A stretch of DNA of 19,920 nucleotides from Candidatus Bathyarchaeia archaeon. GTDB taxonomy: Archaea; Thermoproteota; Bathyarchaeia; Bathyarchaeales; Bathycorpusculaceae. Both the position numbers and the translations under genes were made by a program. Below are positions 1-9,731 of the stretch, piece after piece (the stretch's first letter is position 1; the number at the start of each line of letters is the position of its first letter). Location of the stretch: the NCBI GenBank assembly GCA_038883775.1, contig JAVZLM010000012.1, forward strand, positions 1-19,920, read 5' to 3'. The notes under the pieces are model-generated. The model ran no database searches and had not been told where the DNA came from. It worked only from the letters and a program-made list of their open reading frames with translations.

Positions 1-530
1 AGCTTCTCTTTGATATTATTGGCTTCTCGGTAATAGTTATAGGCTGCTATGAAATTTCGCAGCTGTCCTTTAAAATCTGGCTTGGCAAATTCTCGGGCGA
101 CTGCTTGGACGTTGTCAAGGTCTCCATGCACCAAAACAGCGGTTCTTAAGAGGGCCTTCCGATACCCAATTGCCACCTTTTCCTTGAGCTTTCCGCGGTC
201 AACTTTCTGCTGCAAAAACACCGTAGTTCTTAAAATCTTCTCGTTAACGGCGGCGGGCAACATTGCCTCTAACGCCTTCCAATATTCCAGGCTCCTCTGC
301 TCCTGAAGTCGTTTTCCCCTTTCCCCAAACTCCACAATACTCTCAAGACGCGTCTTCTTAACCTTCAGAGGACACCGCTTCTTCTGCTGCACCGGAACCA
401 TGCAGCCTTCAAAAGGACAGCTCGCTTGAGGAACACATACGGCAGCACTTTCAGCGTCGGGGTCAAGACACTGTAGATGGGGCCGAGGCCGGGATTTGAA
501 CCCGGGCGCTAGGCTCCACAGGCCTATAGG
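1..530 (-). CDS. Probable tyrosine recombinase/integrase, partial (runs off the left edge). The frame is open from inside tRNA-His; first in-frame ATG at 401
   Basis: My translation shows no stop from 530 to the window edge: PIGLWSLAPGFKSRPRPHLQCLDP...MVPVQQKKRCP...KVAIGYRKALLRTAVLVHGDLDNVQAVAREFAKPDFKGQLRNFIAAYNYYREANNIKEK. The helical segment resembles the core-binding domain of archaeal tyrosine integrases, and the frame abuts a tRNA 3' end. The catalytic R-H-x-x-R-Y residues are not within the window. Confidence 0.6.
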
Positions 531-554
531 CTACCAGGCTACCTCACCTCGGCC
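478..554 (-). tRNA. tRNA-His(GUG), intronless, with genomically encoded G-1 and CCA
   Basis: The reverse complement is G-GCCGAGG TG AGGTAGCCTGGTAGCCT A TAGGC CTGTGGA GCCTA GCGC CCGGG TTCAAAT CCCGG CCTCGGC C CCA. It forms a full cloverleaf with a GTG anticodon and a C73 discriminator that can pair with G-1. Confidence 0.97.
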
Positions 555-750
555 ACTTTATTGGTTTTCCTAAATTTTGTTGCACTTGGGAATTATTTAC
601 GTTTACGGTGAAATGTAGAAAATCTATAGAGGGTAGGGTCTGTATTGGCGTGTTTTTGCGCCAAAAAATGTAGTTTTTCCTAAAAAGGTGGGTTTGGTGG
701 CGGAAGCTTTTATTTTGGAAGGTTTCGATCTTAAGTTAAGGCTTGGAATA

Positions 751-1917
751 ATGAGTGAATTGCAAAAGTCAAAAAAGAAAATTGCCCTTTTGGGTGCGGC
801 TCACTCTCTTAATCATTCATTGTTTGTTATTGCGCCGCCTTTGCTAAGTTTGATTATGGATGATTTAGGGGTTTCAAAATCCGTTATTGGGGCTGTGGCA
901 ACGATTTCTTCTATGCTTTATGGTGTTGGAGCTTTGGTTGGTGGTCCTTTAGGCGATAGAATTGGCGAAAATAAAACAATAGCGCTGTGTTTGATGTTTT
1001 CTGGACTTTCCACATTTATTATGCTTGCTGCTTCAGCCATGCAAAGCATCTACATTTATGCAGTTGCGCTGATTTTGATGGCTTCTTGGGCAAGCCTTTA
1101 CCATCCAACAGCAAACTCGCTAATTTCAAAAGCCTTTAGGGTGAGGGTTGCGGAAACCATGGGTTTGCATGGCGTGGGCGGAACATTAGGCGTTGTGTTA
1201 ACCCCTTACATAGCCTGGTTTTTGGGCGTAAATTTCGGATGGTCTTGGGCCTTCATTGCTTTTGGAGTATTATGCGTGCTGCTTGCACTAATATTTCTTA
1301 AAAACTTTAACAAAACTGAAAAAATAGAGGAAAAAGGCGGAACAATTATCGACGCCTTAAAAATCAGAGAGCTCTGGGCACTCTTAATTTTTAATATTGC
1401 AATAGGGCTTTTTATGAAAGGTGTGGAACTGTTTTTCCCAACATACCTAGAAGAAAACCGAGGAATAGGCTCCATGTGGGCTTCTATCGCTTACACCATG
1501 CTTTTGGCTGCCGGAGTCCCGGGACAATGGGTTGGAGGGAAAGCCGCCGACAAGATTGGTTCAAAAAAGGTTTTGATGGCCACATCCTTTGGCGTTTGCA
1601 CAAGTCTTTTATCCCTTCTGTTTCTTCCAGCATACAACATCGGAATAATAATTTTCATTATATTTTATGGCTTTTCCTTCTACGCCCACCAGCCCGCACT
1701 AAACTCGCTGACAGGCTTATTATCTCCGCAAAATCAACGGGGCGCAGTTTACGGCGTCTTCTTCTTTACATCTTTTGGCATAGGTTCCCTTTCACAGTTT
1801 ATAAGTGGATACTTAGCTGACATGTATGGTTTTGACGTCGCCTTCTATGCGCTAACAATTTTCGCTTTTATTGCGCTAATTCTTTCTTTCAAAATCCCAG
1901 AAATGAGAAGAAAATAG
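751..1917 (+). CDS. MFS transporter
   Basis: About 12 hydrophobic segments and MFS motif A twice (GPLGDRIG, GKAADKIGSK). ATG at 751 is preferred over the ORF-track start at 688. Confidence 0.92.
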   Translation: MSELQKSKKKIALLGAAHSLNHSLFVIAPPLLSLIMDDLGVSKSVIGAVATISSMLYGVGALVGGPLGDRIGENKTIALCLMFSGLSTFIMLAASAMQSIYIYAVALILMASWASLYHPTANSLISKAFRVRVAETMGLHGVGGTLGVVLTPYIAWFLGVNFGWSWAFIAFGVLCVLLALIFLKNFNKTEKIEEKGGTIIDALKIRELWALLIFNIAIGLFMKGVELFFPTYLEENRGIGSMWASIAYTMLLAAGVPGQWVGGKAADKIGSKKVLMATSFGVCTSLLSLLFLPAYNIGIIIFIIFYGFSFYAHQPALNSLTGLLSPQNQRGAVYGVFFFTSFGIGSLSQFISGYLADMYGFDVAFYALTIFAFIALILSFKIPEMRRK

Positions 1918-2248
1918 CGAATATACACGAACTTTATAAATAAGAAACAAGCAGATAGACGAACCGGTTAAATTATAAGTTTTTGACTTGTCTTAAAGGC
2001 AAAACTGTTCATTTTCATATGGGAAAATCCGAAAATGTAAGTCGCTTCTGTGGTCTTTTTGTCTGCTCTAAAGGCGAAAAATGAGCGAATGGATAATTTT
2101 TATAATAAAAAGTTAAAAAATCGAAATTATTAATACAGAAAAAGCGCCAAAAGTATAAATTTCATTATTTTGCTCAAGGAGTTACAATATGGAAAAGTGC
2201 GAAGTAGGCAAAAGTGCTAAAAGTTTCCTTTAAAAATAGGATACACTT

Positions 2249-2665
2249 TTATGTTTCGCCCAAGACTTGAATGAGGACTGTTCTTCTTCTTGGGTAAACA
2301 TCCGTTTCCACAAAGACTATGGATTGCCATGTTCCAAACTCCACCCTGCCATCAATTACTGGCAATGTTTTGTCTGGTGGAAGGAGCACGGATCTTAAAT
2401 GAGAGTGGGCGTTGGATGGATGCCTATACGCCTGATGTTTTGGAATTATTTTTTCAAGGAAAGCCCTAATGTCATTTAACAAGCCATATTCGTTTTCTGT
2501 CAAAATTAGTATACCAGTAGCATGAGGCGCAAAAACGTGGACCAAACCATTCTTTATCCCCGATTTTGAAACTGCCTCTTGAACCTTATCAGTCAAATCT
2601 ATGAAGTCTATTTCACCTTTTGTGGAAAAAGTGTGGCTCATATTGAAGACTTTAAAGTTTGACAT
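2249..2665 (-). CDS. yjbQ: YjbQ/UPF0047 family protein (secondary thiamine-phosphate synthase)
   Basis: Motifs HATG..LTENE, NAHSHLRS and GTWQSIVFVETD. ATG at 2665 follows a G-rich RBS. Confidence 0.92.
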   Translation of the reverse strand: MSNFKVFNMSHTFSTKGEIDFIDLTDKVQEAVSKSGIKNGLVHVFAPHATGILILTENEYGLLNDIRAFLEKIIPKHQAYRHPSNAHSHLRSVLLPPDKTLPVIDGRVEFGTWQSIVFVETDVYPRRRTVLIQVLGET

Positions 2666-2673
2666 CCCCCTTT

Positions 2674-3222
2674 TCACTCCAGCAATTTAGTCATTATAAT
2701 TTCATCTATGTACCTGCCGTCTTTGAAATGTTTTCTGGGAATAACCCCTGTCTGCACAAATCCAACCTTCTCGTAAACATGAATTGCGCGTTTGTTGGAT
2801 GCGAAAGCAGAGAGCGTTAAAACCTTTAAACCCATTTTAGAGGCTTGCTCCACTAAAGTTTTCATCATTTCAGTTCCAATGCCAACATCCCTAAACCCAC
2901 TTTTTACTATTATACCCAACACGCCAACATGCCGCTCAAAACCTCGCAGCGGACGAATGTCAGAAGAGGCTATAACCTTTCCCTCAACCTCAGCCACAAG
3001 AAAGAAGATTTCACCCTTCTCAAGGCTGGCAAGGGTTCTAGAAAGCCAGTCGATTTCCTCTTCTCTAGAAACCTTCGCGTTCCTAATTATTTCTGCGCCT
3101 TCATCAACAAGCGAATTAATAAGCTCAAGCAAATCATCCAAGTCTTCCCATTTAGGCGTCCTCAAAACAACCCTTCGCCCATCCCTAGCAGAAAAACTAC
3201 GAATAACCTTTCCAGTTTTCAT
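2674..3222 (-). CDS. GNAT family N-acetyltransferase
   Basis: Acetyl-CoA motif A (FRDVGIGTEMM) and NKRAIHVYEKVGF. Confidence 0.92.
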   Translation of the reverse strand: MKTGKVIRSFSARDGRRVVLRTPKWEDLDDLLELINSLVDEGAEIIRNAKVSREEEIDWLSRTLASLEKGEIFFLVAEVEGKVIASSDIRPLRGFERHVGVLGIIVKSGFRDVGIGTEMMKTLVEQASKMGLKVLTLSAFASNKRAIHVYEKVGFVQTGVIPRKHFKDGRYIDEIIMTKLLE

Positions 3223-3279
3223 AAAACAAACTATGCAAAAGAAGTTTATTTCATTTTTCCATTTCTGAAAAAGACTTAC

Positions 3280-3571
3280 GTTGATGCTTTTGTATACAGC
3301 GTTTTAAGCGACTCACTTCCGGAGAACACTGGTGAAACATAAAATCCAATGGTAATACCCAAATCACCAAAATTACCACAAAGTAAGAAATTAATCTAAA
3401 AGACACAAAAATATTAGCCATATAGCCTACACTAAACAAAACAACTTCCAGCACTCATTCAAAATAAGCCAGAAAAAAGCTCATCTCAAAATCAATCTTT
3501 GCCCGCTCCACACCTCGTGATAACCCCCTTCAGGAAGCTCAGTCAAATCATTTGTATACAAAAGCATAAAC
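3280..3571. repeat. 19-bp inverted repeat pair (18/19 identical) enclosing 254 bp
   Basis: GTTGATGCTTTTGTATACA at 3280-3298 and TGTATACAAAAGCATAAAC at 3553-3571, whose reverse complement is GTTTATGCTTTTGTATACA. Confidence 0.75.
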
Positions 3572-4035
3572 AGAAGCCGCCATCCATATGCAAAAACTTG
3601 CACATAAAAGAAGTAAGCTCATAAGAGATGTCTTATCATAACTAAGCCCATCTCTAAAGTTCATAAAACTCGAAGCATTAACGAAGGGTAACGGCAAATG
3701 CTTGGCATGGAGATTTTCGTCAGTTTTTGTATGAGGCCACGATTAAGTCCATATTTTGGGTTTGTGGGCTTTTTGGAAAAGGCTGAAATTGGCTTCTTTT
3801 TTGTTTTGGGGCTTGAATTTGGCTTAAAGGTTTTCTGTTTTAGAAGAGGGAAGTTGTCGCTTTTAGCCTTAAAACATATTCGATTTTTAACAGATTAGAA
3901 TTTAGTTTTTAATTGACAAAGAGGGCGAATTTTTGGTTAAAATTAGAAAATAAAACAAACGGGTTCTCTTCATTTTATTTCATGTTATTGGTTTTTTCAT
4001 ATTGCCAAATTTGAAATAACCTCTATAATAATTCG

Positions 4036-6324
4036 ATGCCATGTCTTGTGATAGAGGATACTGGAAGGCTGTCATGTTTGCAGGTTAACCCTTTTGGAAA
4101 CGATGTGGAAATAATTGAAAGAAACGTTAATGGAAGAAAAGTTAGGGTAAAGTGGGATTGGGGCAACTTCAAAAGCACCGAAGGCTTTCCAGTAGATGAC
4201 AATCTAATAAACTGGGTTATTGGGCAAGAGCAAGCATTAAAAGAATGCTTCCTATGCCTTGACGAGTGGGTTCATAAGCTTAAGTGGCTTGAAGAGACAA
4301 AATGGTATGAAAGCTGGAGCGACCCAGACAAGCCCAAACCCTCAGCTAAAACAGTCATAAGCCCTGGACCATACCTTCTCCTTTTAGGCGACCCTGGAAC
4401 AGGCAAATCCTTGATTGGTAGAGCCTTGGCTGAAAAGCTTACTCAAGTTTACAAGGAGAACGGCATAAAACTTTTCGACGTGCTCTGTTGGAGAAACCAG
4501 ACGCTGCCAAGCCAACCAAAGATTTCAATTCACAAAGCCGGTGAAGGGAAAAAAATTCTTCAGAGGGAGCAGCTTAAAGAGCTTAAAAGAAAGTTTATCA
4601 CAAAAGTTGGTCTTAAAACATTACAAATCTTTTTGGTTTTAATGGGTCTTTTTCTCATATCCTTAGGCTTTTACTTCCTCTATCAAGCTTGGGTAACTTG
4701 GCAAGCTAACCCCATGTTTTTGGGAGAACCCCTCCAAGAATATTACAATTACAGCTTCATAGACTATTTGATAGGGAAGTTTGTGGGTTTAGTGCCGCTC
4801 ACTTTTATTCCAGGCGGCAGCCTCATTTTCTTCGGAGTTTTCATATGGTGGTTCTCAAAACTTGGCGGCTTAGGCAACCTTAAGGGCATAGCTGGTTCCC
4901 AGCAGACAGACGTTCCAAAACTAATAGTTGACAACTGCTCTGGACATGCGCCTTTTGTGGATGCCACGGGGCATAGAAGCGCCCAACTTTTCGGCTCCAT
5001 AGCATGGGACCCATACCAGACTGGAGGGTTAGGCACCCCAGAACATCAGAGAGTGACAGCCGGAGACGTTCACAGAGCGTCCCTCGGAATCTTATATATA
5101 GATGAGATAAAAAATTTGGACCCAGAAGAGGCTGTAACGCTTTTAACTGTGCTTGAGGATGGGAGATTACCAATCACTATAAGGGGCAGATGGCACGGCG
5201 GAGACACAGCAGCAATGGCTGTTTCTACAGAACCCGTTCCCGCCATCACCTTCCTTGTGGGTGCTGGAAACTTTGACAGCATAAGCCAGATACATCCAGC
5301 CCTTATGGATAGGATTTATGGTTATGGAAAAGTTGTTAGAATGAATAATGACATGCCAAACACCATAGAAAACAGGAGGAAGTATGTACAGTTCATAGCG
5401 CAGGAAGTTAAGCGCTTCAACCTTATCCCTTTCGGCAGAGAAGCCTGCGAAGAAATTGTTGAGGAAGGAAGGCGCAGAAGCAACAAAAAAGATGCCTTAA
5501 CAACAAAGTTTAGACCCCTCATTTCAATCATTAAGACGGCTGCAACCCTAGCTATGAACGAAGGCTGCAAGGTTGTTGAGAGAAGGCATGTGCGAGAAGC
5601 CATAGAAAAACATTGCAAAACAATTCAAAGACAAATTTTGGAACATGAAATCAGCGAGAGAGGCAAACTTTTAGAAATAAAGCCTAAAGGAGCAAAACTT
5701 GGCCAAATTTATGGTTTGGTTGTAGTTAAAGACCCATACAGCGGAGAGATGACTGGAAGCGTCCTATGTGTGAAGGCTAATATGGCGAAGAGAAGCGAAC
5801 TTCCAAGAAATTATCCAATCAAGGGCTATTACAAAGTGACAGGCGTCGCAAAAGGACAAAGCTTCATTGCAGACAGCATAGCCAAAGTTAGAAGCGTCAT
5901 CCTACAAAAATACGGTGTTGACATAGCCCAAGATTATCTAACGCATATTGACTTCGCCCAATCCTATGGCGTGGATGGTCCATCCGCGGGAGTGACTATG
6001 GCTATACTTTTGTGCTCGCTTATTGAAGGCAAACCCATAAGGCAGGATGTGGCTGTCACTGGAGAAATAAACCTGGGCGTCGGCGATTCCATCCAAATTA
6101 CGGCTGTAGGCGGCGTTTATGAGAAGATTAAGGCAGCTGAAGCTTGGGGATTCAAGAAAGTGGTTATTCCCCAAAAGAATTTTGAGCATTCCATAGACGT
6201 TAGAGATTATAAGATTGAGGTTGTGCCAGCAGCTACGCTGGATGATTACTTGAGAGAATGTTTGGTTGAGAAGCCAGCCATAAAAGTTTGGATTCAAAAC
6301 GCTTACAAACGCAAAAAATCCTAA
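4036..6324 (+). CDS. lonB: Archaeal membrane-anchored ATP-dependent Lon protease (LonB); the true start may be slightly downstream (GTG 4048 or TTG 4078)
   Basis: Walker A GDPGTGKS, two TM helices inserted in the AAA+ domain, Walker B ILYIDE, and the Ser-Lys dyad (DGPSAG ... GGVYEKIKAA). Confidence 0.93.
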   Translation: MPCLVIEDTGRLSCLQVNPFGNDVEIIERNVNGRKVRVKWDWGNFKSTEGFPVDDNLINWVIGQEQALKECFLCLDEWVHKLKWLEETKWYESWSDPDKPKPSAKTVISPGPYLLLLGDPGTGKSLIGRALAEKLTQVYKENGIKLFDVLCWRNQTLPSQPKISIHKAGEGKKILQREQLKELKRKFITKVGLKTLQIFLVLMGLFLISLGFYFLYQAWVTWQANPMFLGEPLQEYYNYSFIDYLIGKFVGLVPLTFIPGGSLIFFGVFIWWFSKLGGLGNLKGIAGSQQTDVPKLIVDNCSGHAPFVDATGHRSAQLFGSIAWDPYQTGGLGTPEHQRVTAGDVHRASLGILYIDEIKNLDPEEAVTLLTVLEDGRLPITIRGRWHGGDTAAMAVSTEPVPAITFLVGAGNFDSISQIHPALMDRIYGYGKVVRMNNDMPNTIENRRKYVQFIAQEVKRFNLIPFGREACEEIVEEGRRRSNKKDALTTKFRPLISIIKTAATLAMNEGCKVVERRHVREAIEKHCKTIQRQILEHEISERGKLLEIKPKGAKLGQIYGLVVVKDPYSGEMTGSVLCVKANMAKRSELPRNYPIKGYYKVTGVAKGQSFIADSIAKVRSVILQKYGVDIAQDYLTHIDFAQSYGVDGPSAGVTMAILLCSLIEGKPIRQDVAVTGEINLGVGDSIQITAVGGVYEKIKAAEAWGFKKVVIPQKNFEHSIDVRDYKIEVVPAATLDDYLRECLVEKPAIKVWIQNAYKRKKS

Positions 6325-6408
6325 AATGGCCTTTGGATAATTCTTTTAGCCTTGTAATGTTAAAGAAGTCTATCGTCCATTTAAGATTAGGATAGTAGGG
6401 AATAGGCT

Positions 6409-6837
6409 ATGGTTAGGGAAGTTGATAAGATTGCGCTTCGCAAGTGGCGAAAAAGGGGCTTTTACAGCGAAAATGTTCTTGTAAAACTTTTAACAAAAAA
6501 GGGCTATCATGCAGTTCGGGTTCCAGTAAGCAATCCAAGCCTCAACCCATTGCCAGATGTTATTGCAAGAAAAAACTCTGAAATTTATGCTTTTGAGGTG
6601 AAAAACGCCAGCTATTACGCTTATTTTCCAAAACAGCAAATTGAAAAACTTTTTAGATTTCTTGAAGAATTGATTCCAATGGAAAAAGAGCATAAACATG
6701 CTGTGCTTGCGGCGCATCTTGGAAAAAGATGGATTTTTAAGGAGATTAGCTGGAAAGATTGGGAGAAGGGACGAATTCCTGAAAAGGCAAGAATCCTAAA
6801 AAGGGACAGGGGAAACTTTAACATGGAGGAAAGTTAG
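6409..6837 (+). CDS. hjc: Archaeal Holliday junction resolvase Hjc-family PD-(D/E)xK nuclease
   Basis: Hjc signature G..SE..L...L..KGY...R...S....PDVIA......AFEVK. Confidence 0.8.
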   Translation: MVREVDKIALRKWRKRGFYSENVLVKLLTKKGYHAVRVPVSNPSLNPLPDVIARKNSEIYAFEVKNASYYAYFPKQQIEKLFRFLEELIPMEKEHKHAVLAAHLGKRWIFKEISWKDWEKGRIPEKARILKRDRGNFNMEES

Positions 6838-6841
6838 GCGA

Positions 6842-7531
6842 ATGCCAACGGAAAAAATGGCTGTTTTAGCCTCTAATTTATGTAAGACTTATGAGATAGG
6901 TGATTTGAAAGTTGAAGCTTTAAAAAACGTGAATCTTAAAGTCAAGGATGGCGAATTCACCGTTATAAGCGGTCCTTCAGGTTCTGGAAAAACAACCCTC
7001 TTAAACATTATAGGCGGCATCGACAAACCAACAAACGGAAAGATTGTGGTTTTTGGAAAAAATTTAGGCGTTAAGGATGAAGATTTTTTGGCAAATTTTC
7101 GCAACCGCAAGGTTGGCTTTGTCTTTCAATCTTATAATCTCATTTCAACATTAACCGTTGCTGAGAACATTGCTTTCCCAATGGAGTGGGCAAGAAAACC
7201 AGAAGAACACATAAGAAAACGGGTTGAAGAACTTTTGAACATTGTAGGTTTACAGCATAGGGCAGAACATTTTCCCTCTCAGCTAAGTGGCGGAGAACAG
7301 CAACGCGTAGCCTTTGCCCGTGCCTTGGCAAATGATCCGCCATTGGTTCTTGCTGATGAGCCTACTGGAAATTTGGATTTAAAGACAAGCCTAAAAATTG
7401 TTGAAATACTCCAAAAATTGAAGGAAAGTGGGAAAACAATAATTGTCGCAACTCATGATGAATGCATATTGAAGTTGGCAGATCAAAGGTTATTTTTGGA
7501 AGATGGAAAGCTGGTAAACTCCGTTGAGTGA
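6842..7531 (+). CDS. ABC transporter ATP-binding protein (LolD/MacB family)
   Basis: [36 protein letters not shown] and ATHD. Confidence 0.95.
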   Translation: MPTEKMAVLASNLCKTYEIGDLKVEALKNVNLKVKDGEFTVISGPSGSGKTTLLNIIGGIDKPTNGKIVVFGKNLGVKDEDFLANFRNRKVGFVFQSYNLISTLTVAENIAFPMEWARKPEEHIRKRVEELLNIVGLQHRAEHFPSQLSGGEQQRVAFARALANDPPLVLADEPTGNLDLKTSLKIVEILQKLKESGKTIIVATHDECILKLADQRLFLEDGKLVNSVE

Positions 7532-9401
7532 AACTTTTTTCTCAATAAACGATTTATTTCGAAGAAAACTTCAAACAAGCTTAATAGTCATAAGTTTAAC
7601 ATTATGCGTTGCCTCAACACTTTTCCTGCTACTTTTCTGTGATAAAATAGGATTTGGAATATCTTTAATGGCTGAAGGAACATTGACCACGGGCTTATCG
7701 ATAGCCTTATCCCGCTTCATAATATTCATTGGAACCCTAATTTTCATTATTGGAGCCTTAATTGTTTCTTTCATGGTTTTTGTCATGATGTCTCAGAGAA
7801 TTAGAGATATTGGGTTAATGAAGGCTGCTGGCTGTCCAAACGACCTAATTTTCGGATATCTCATGACCGAACTCCTCATCGTAACCCTTCTCGGCTGTTT
7901 TCTAGGAGTTGTTTTGGGTATAGTGGCAGATTTTGCCATAACAAACATTTTAACCACTTCTACTTTCCAGATTTCGCAGAAGCCAATCAATTTTTGGATT
8001 GCTCTATTCGTGTTTGCAGTATACTTTATTCTCGCATTAATTTTCGGAACTAAGCCAATATTGGATACAACGAAAATTGAAACATCAAAAGCCTTGTCGC
8101 CAACCTACTATTTAGGCATGAGCAAAGAGCCCAGCTTCAAAATCGTTTCAAAAATAGGCTTAACCATAAAAATTGCCATGCGAAGCTTGTTCCGCCGTAA
8201 GTTGGCAACAATACGCATCCTATCATGCTTAACGGCAGCATTTATTCTAGTCACGGTGGCTGTTGCTGGTGGAATAATCGCTGACCAAACAACAAAAAGC
8301 TGGGTTGAAAGGGCAATTGGCAAAGACATAGTTGTTATCGCTCATCAAGAAATGTGCAATCAATATGGTTTGTTGCTTTCAAAGTTTCATAAAGCAGAAG
8401 AAACCGTCCAATTTGACTATACAGATAATAAATACCTGTTATCAGATGAGCTTCTCAACCAATTAAGTCAAACATCTGAAATTGCAAGTATTGACATGCG
8501 CCTAATCGTTGAGGCACGAATAAGAGAAGTTCCCGGTTACATTCTTAACCCTGAAACTGGTGGCGCAACTCCCATTGGTGACAGTCGTGAAGGCGTATCT
8601 TTAATAGTGGGTGTTGAACCAGAAAAAGTGCTCGCTGATTGGTTTTTAGATGGAGAATTCCTTAAAAAGGATAAATCATGGGAAGCTGTGATAGGTGATT
8701 CAATAGCCCATAAAATGTTCACTTTGCCATTAAAGCAAGAACTGCGACTGTTTGGCCAGTCAGATAGATTCTTTAACATTACCGGCGTTTGTGTAGATCC
8801 ATTAAACAATGGAAACGTTACATACGTGCCTTTAAAGGATTTACAAAATGTTACGGGCATACCAAAAATTAACATAATATTGGTCAGGATTGACGCTTTA
8901 AACAATCGAGCAGAAATTTTGAATAGGATAAGGGCGAATGTTACCAAAATAAATTCGAACTATGAGGTTTTTGAGCTTAACCTAATCTTAAGAGAGAACA
9001 TTGACTTTCTGGGTTATGTTTGGTCAATCATCCTCTTTTTGCCCTTCTTCTCTTTGGCATCCGCTTCTGTATGTTTAATATGTTATATGATGCTCATCTT
9101 AACTGAACAGCGCCAAGAATTCGGTGTTTTAAGAGCTTTAGGGGCGAAACCCAAAACCGTTTTAAAAATTGTTTCATGGCAAAGCCTTGCGGTCTTACTA
9201 TCCAGTTATGCTCTTGGAATAGCCTTTGGAATAATCATAACTCTGCTGATTTTGGTTCAAGAACCATTAGTCACAAGCCTAACCATAATCGAAATAGCAG
9301 GATGGCTTTCAGCGACCTTGGCTGTAATCTTCATTTTCAGTTTATACCCAGCCATAAAATTTTCAAAGAAATCCCTCATCGAAATTATGGCGCAATCCTA
9401 A
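7524..9401 (+). CDS. ABC transporter permease, FtsX/MacB-like, with two permease domains
   Basis: Two FtsX-domain motifs (QRIRDIGLMKAAG and EQRQEFGVLRALGA) and one large extracytoplasmic domain. The GTG start overlaps the end of the ATPase gene. Confidence 0.92.
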   Translation: MSETFFSINDLFRRKLQTSLIVISLTLCVASTLFLLLFCDKIGFGISLMAEGTLTTGLSIALSRFIIFIGTLIFIIGALIVSFMVFVMMSQRIRDIGLMKAAGCPNDLIFGYLMTELLIVTLLGCFLGVVLGIVADFAITNILTTSTFQISQKPINFWIALFVFAVYFILALIFGTKPILDTTKIETSKALSPTYYLGMSKEPSFKIVSKIGLTIKIAMRSLFRRKLATIRILSCLTAAFILVTVAVAGGIIADQTTKSWVERAIGKDIVVIAHQEMCNQYGLLLSKFHKAEETVQFDYTDNKYLLSDELLNQLSQTSEIASIDMRLIVEARIREVPGYILNPETGGATPIGDSREGVSLIVGVEPEKVLADWFLDGEFLKKDKSWEAVIGDSIAHKMFTLPLKQELRLFGQSDRFFNITGVCVDPLNNGNVTYVPLKDLQNVTGIPKINIILVRIDALNNRAEILNRIRANVTKINSNYEVFELNLILRENIDFLGYVWSIILFLPFFSLASASVCLICYMMLILTEQRQEFGVLRALGAKPKTVLKIVSWQSLAVLLSSYALGIAFGIIITLLILVQEPLVTSLTIIEIAGWLSATLAVIFIFSLYPAIKFSKKSLIEIMAQS

Positions 9402-9450
9402 AAAGGAAAAATTTCAACATATTTTGAAAGCTTGATGGAGGTGAAGGCTT

Positions 9451-9720
9451 ATGGCTCAGAAATTTCAAGGAACAATCTTGAACTATCGTGTTGGTCCAAA
9501 AACTCAAAAATCAAAGGAATGTATAATTCAATTCGACCACGTAAAATCTTTTTCTGAAGCAGGCAGGCTTATAGGACGTAAAGTTGTTTGGAGAAATGAG
9601 AAAAATAAGTTTGTTGGGAAAATAGTGGCGTTACACGGCAGGAAAGGGCTTGTGAGAGTAAGGTTTAGGAGGGGTTTGCCAGGTCAAGCTTTAGGAACAA
9701 AAGTTGAGTTAACTGGTTAA
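9451..9720 (+). CDS. rpl35ae: 50S ribosomal protein L35Ae (eL33)
   Basis: Basic 89-aa protein with G.I..YR.G..TQ and GKIVALHGRKGLVRVRFRRGLPGQALG. A GGAGGTGA RBS lies upstream. Confidence 0.95.
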   Translation: MAQKFQGTILNYRVGPKTQKSKECIIQFDHVKSFSEAGRLIGRKVVWRNEKNKFVGKIVALHGRKGLVRVRFRRGLPGQALGTKVELTG

Positions 9721-9731
9721 ATATGCCATTT

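Noticed and set aside
49-306. 85-aa + strand ORF
   Set aside because: It is the antisense shadow of the longer, more protein-like minus-strand frame.
3251-3898. Short ORFs 3251-3454 (-) and 3698-3898 (+)
   Set aside because: Their hydrophobicity comes from T/G-rich low-complexity DNA, and they have no motif or convincing RBS.
3223-4035. Canonical Orc1/Cdc6 replication origin
   Set aside because: No clear ORB consensus (TTCCAxTGGAAA plus G-string) and no cdc6 gene in the window.
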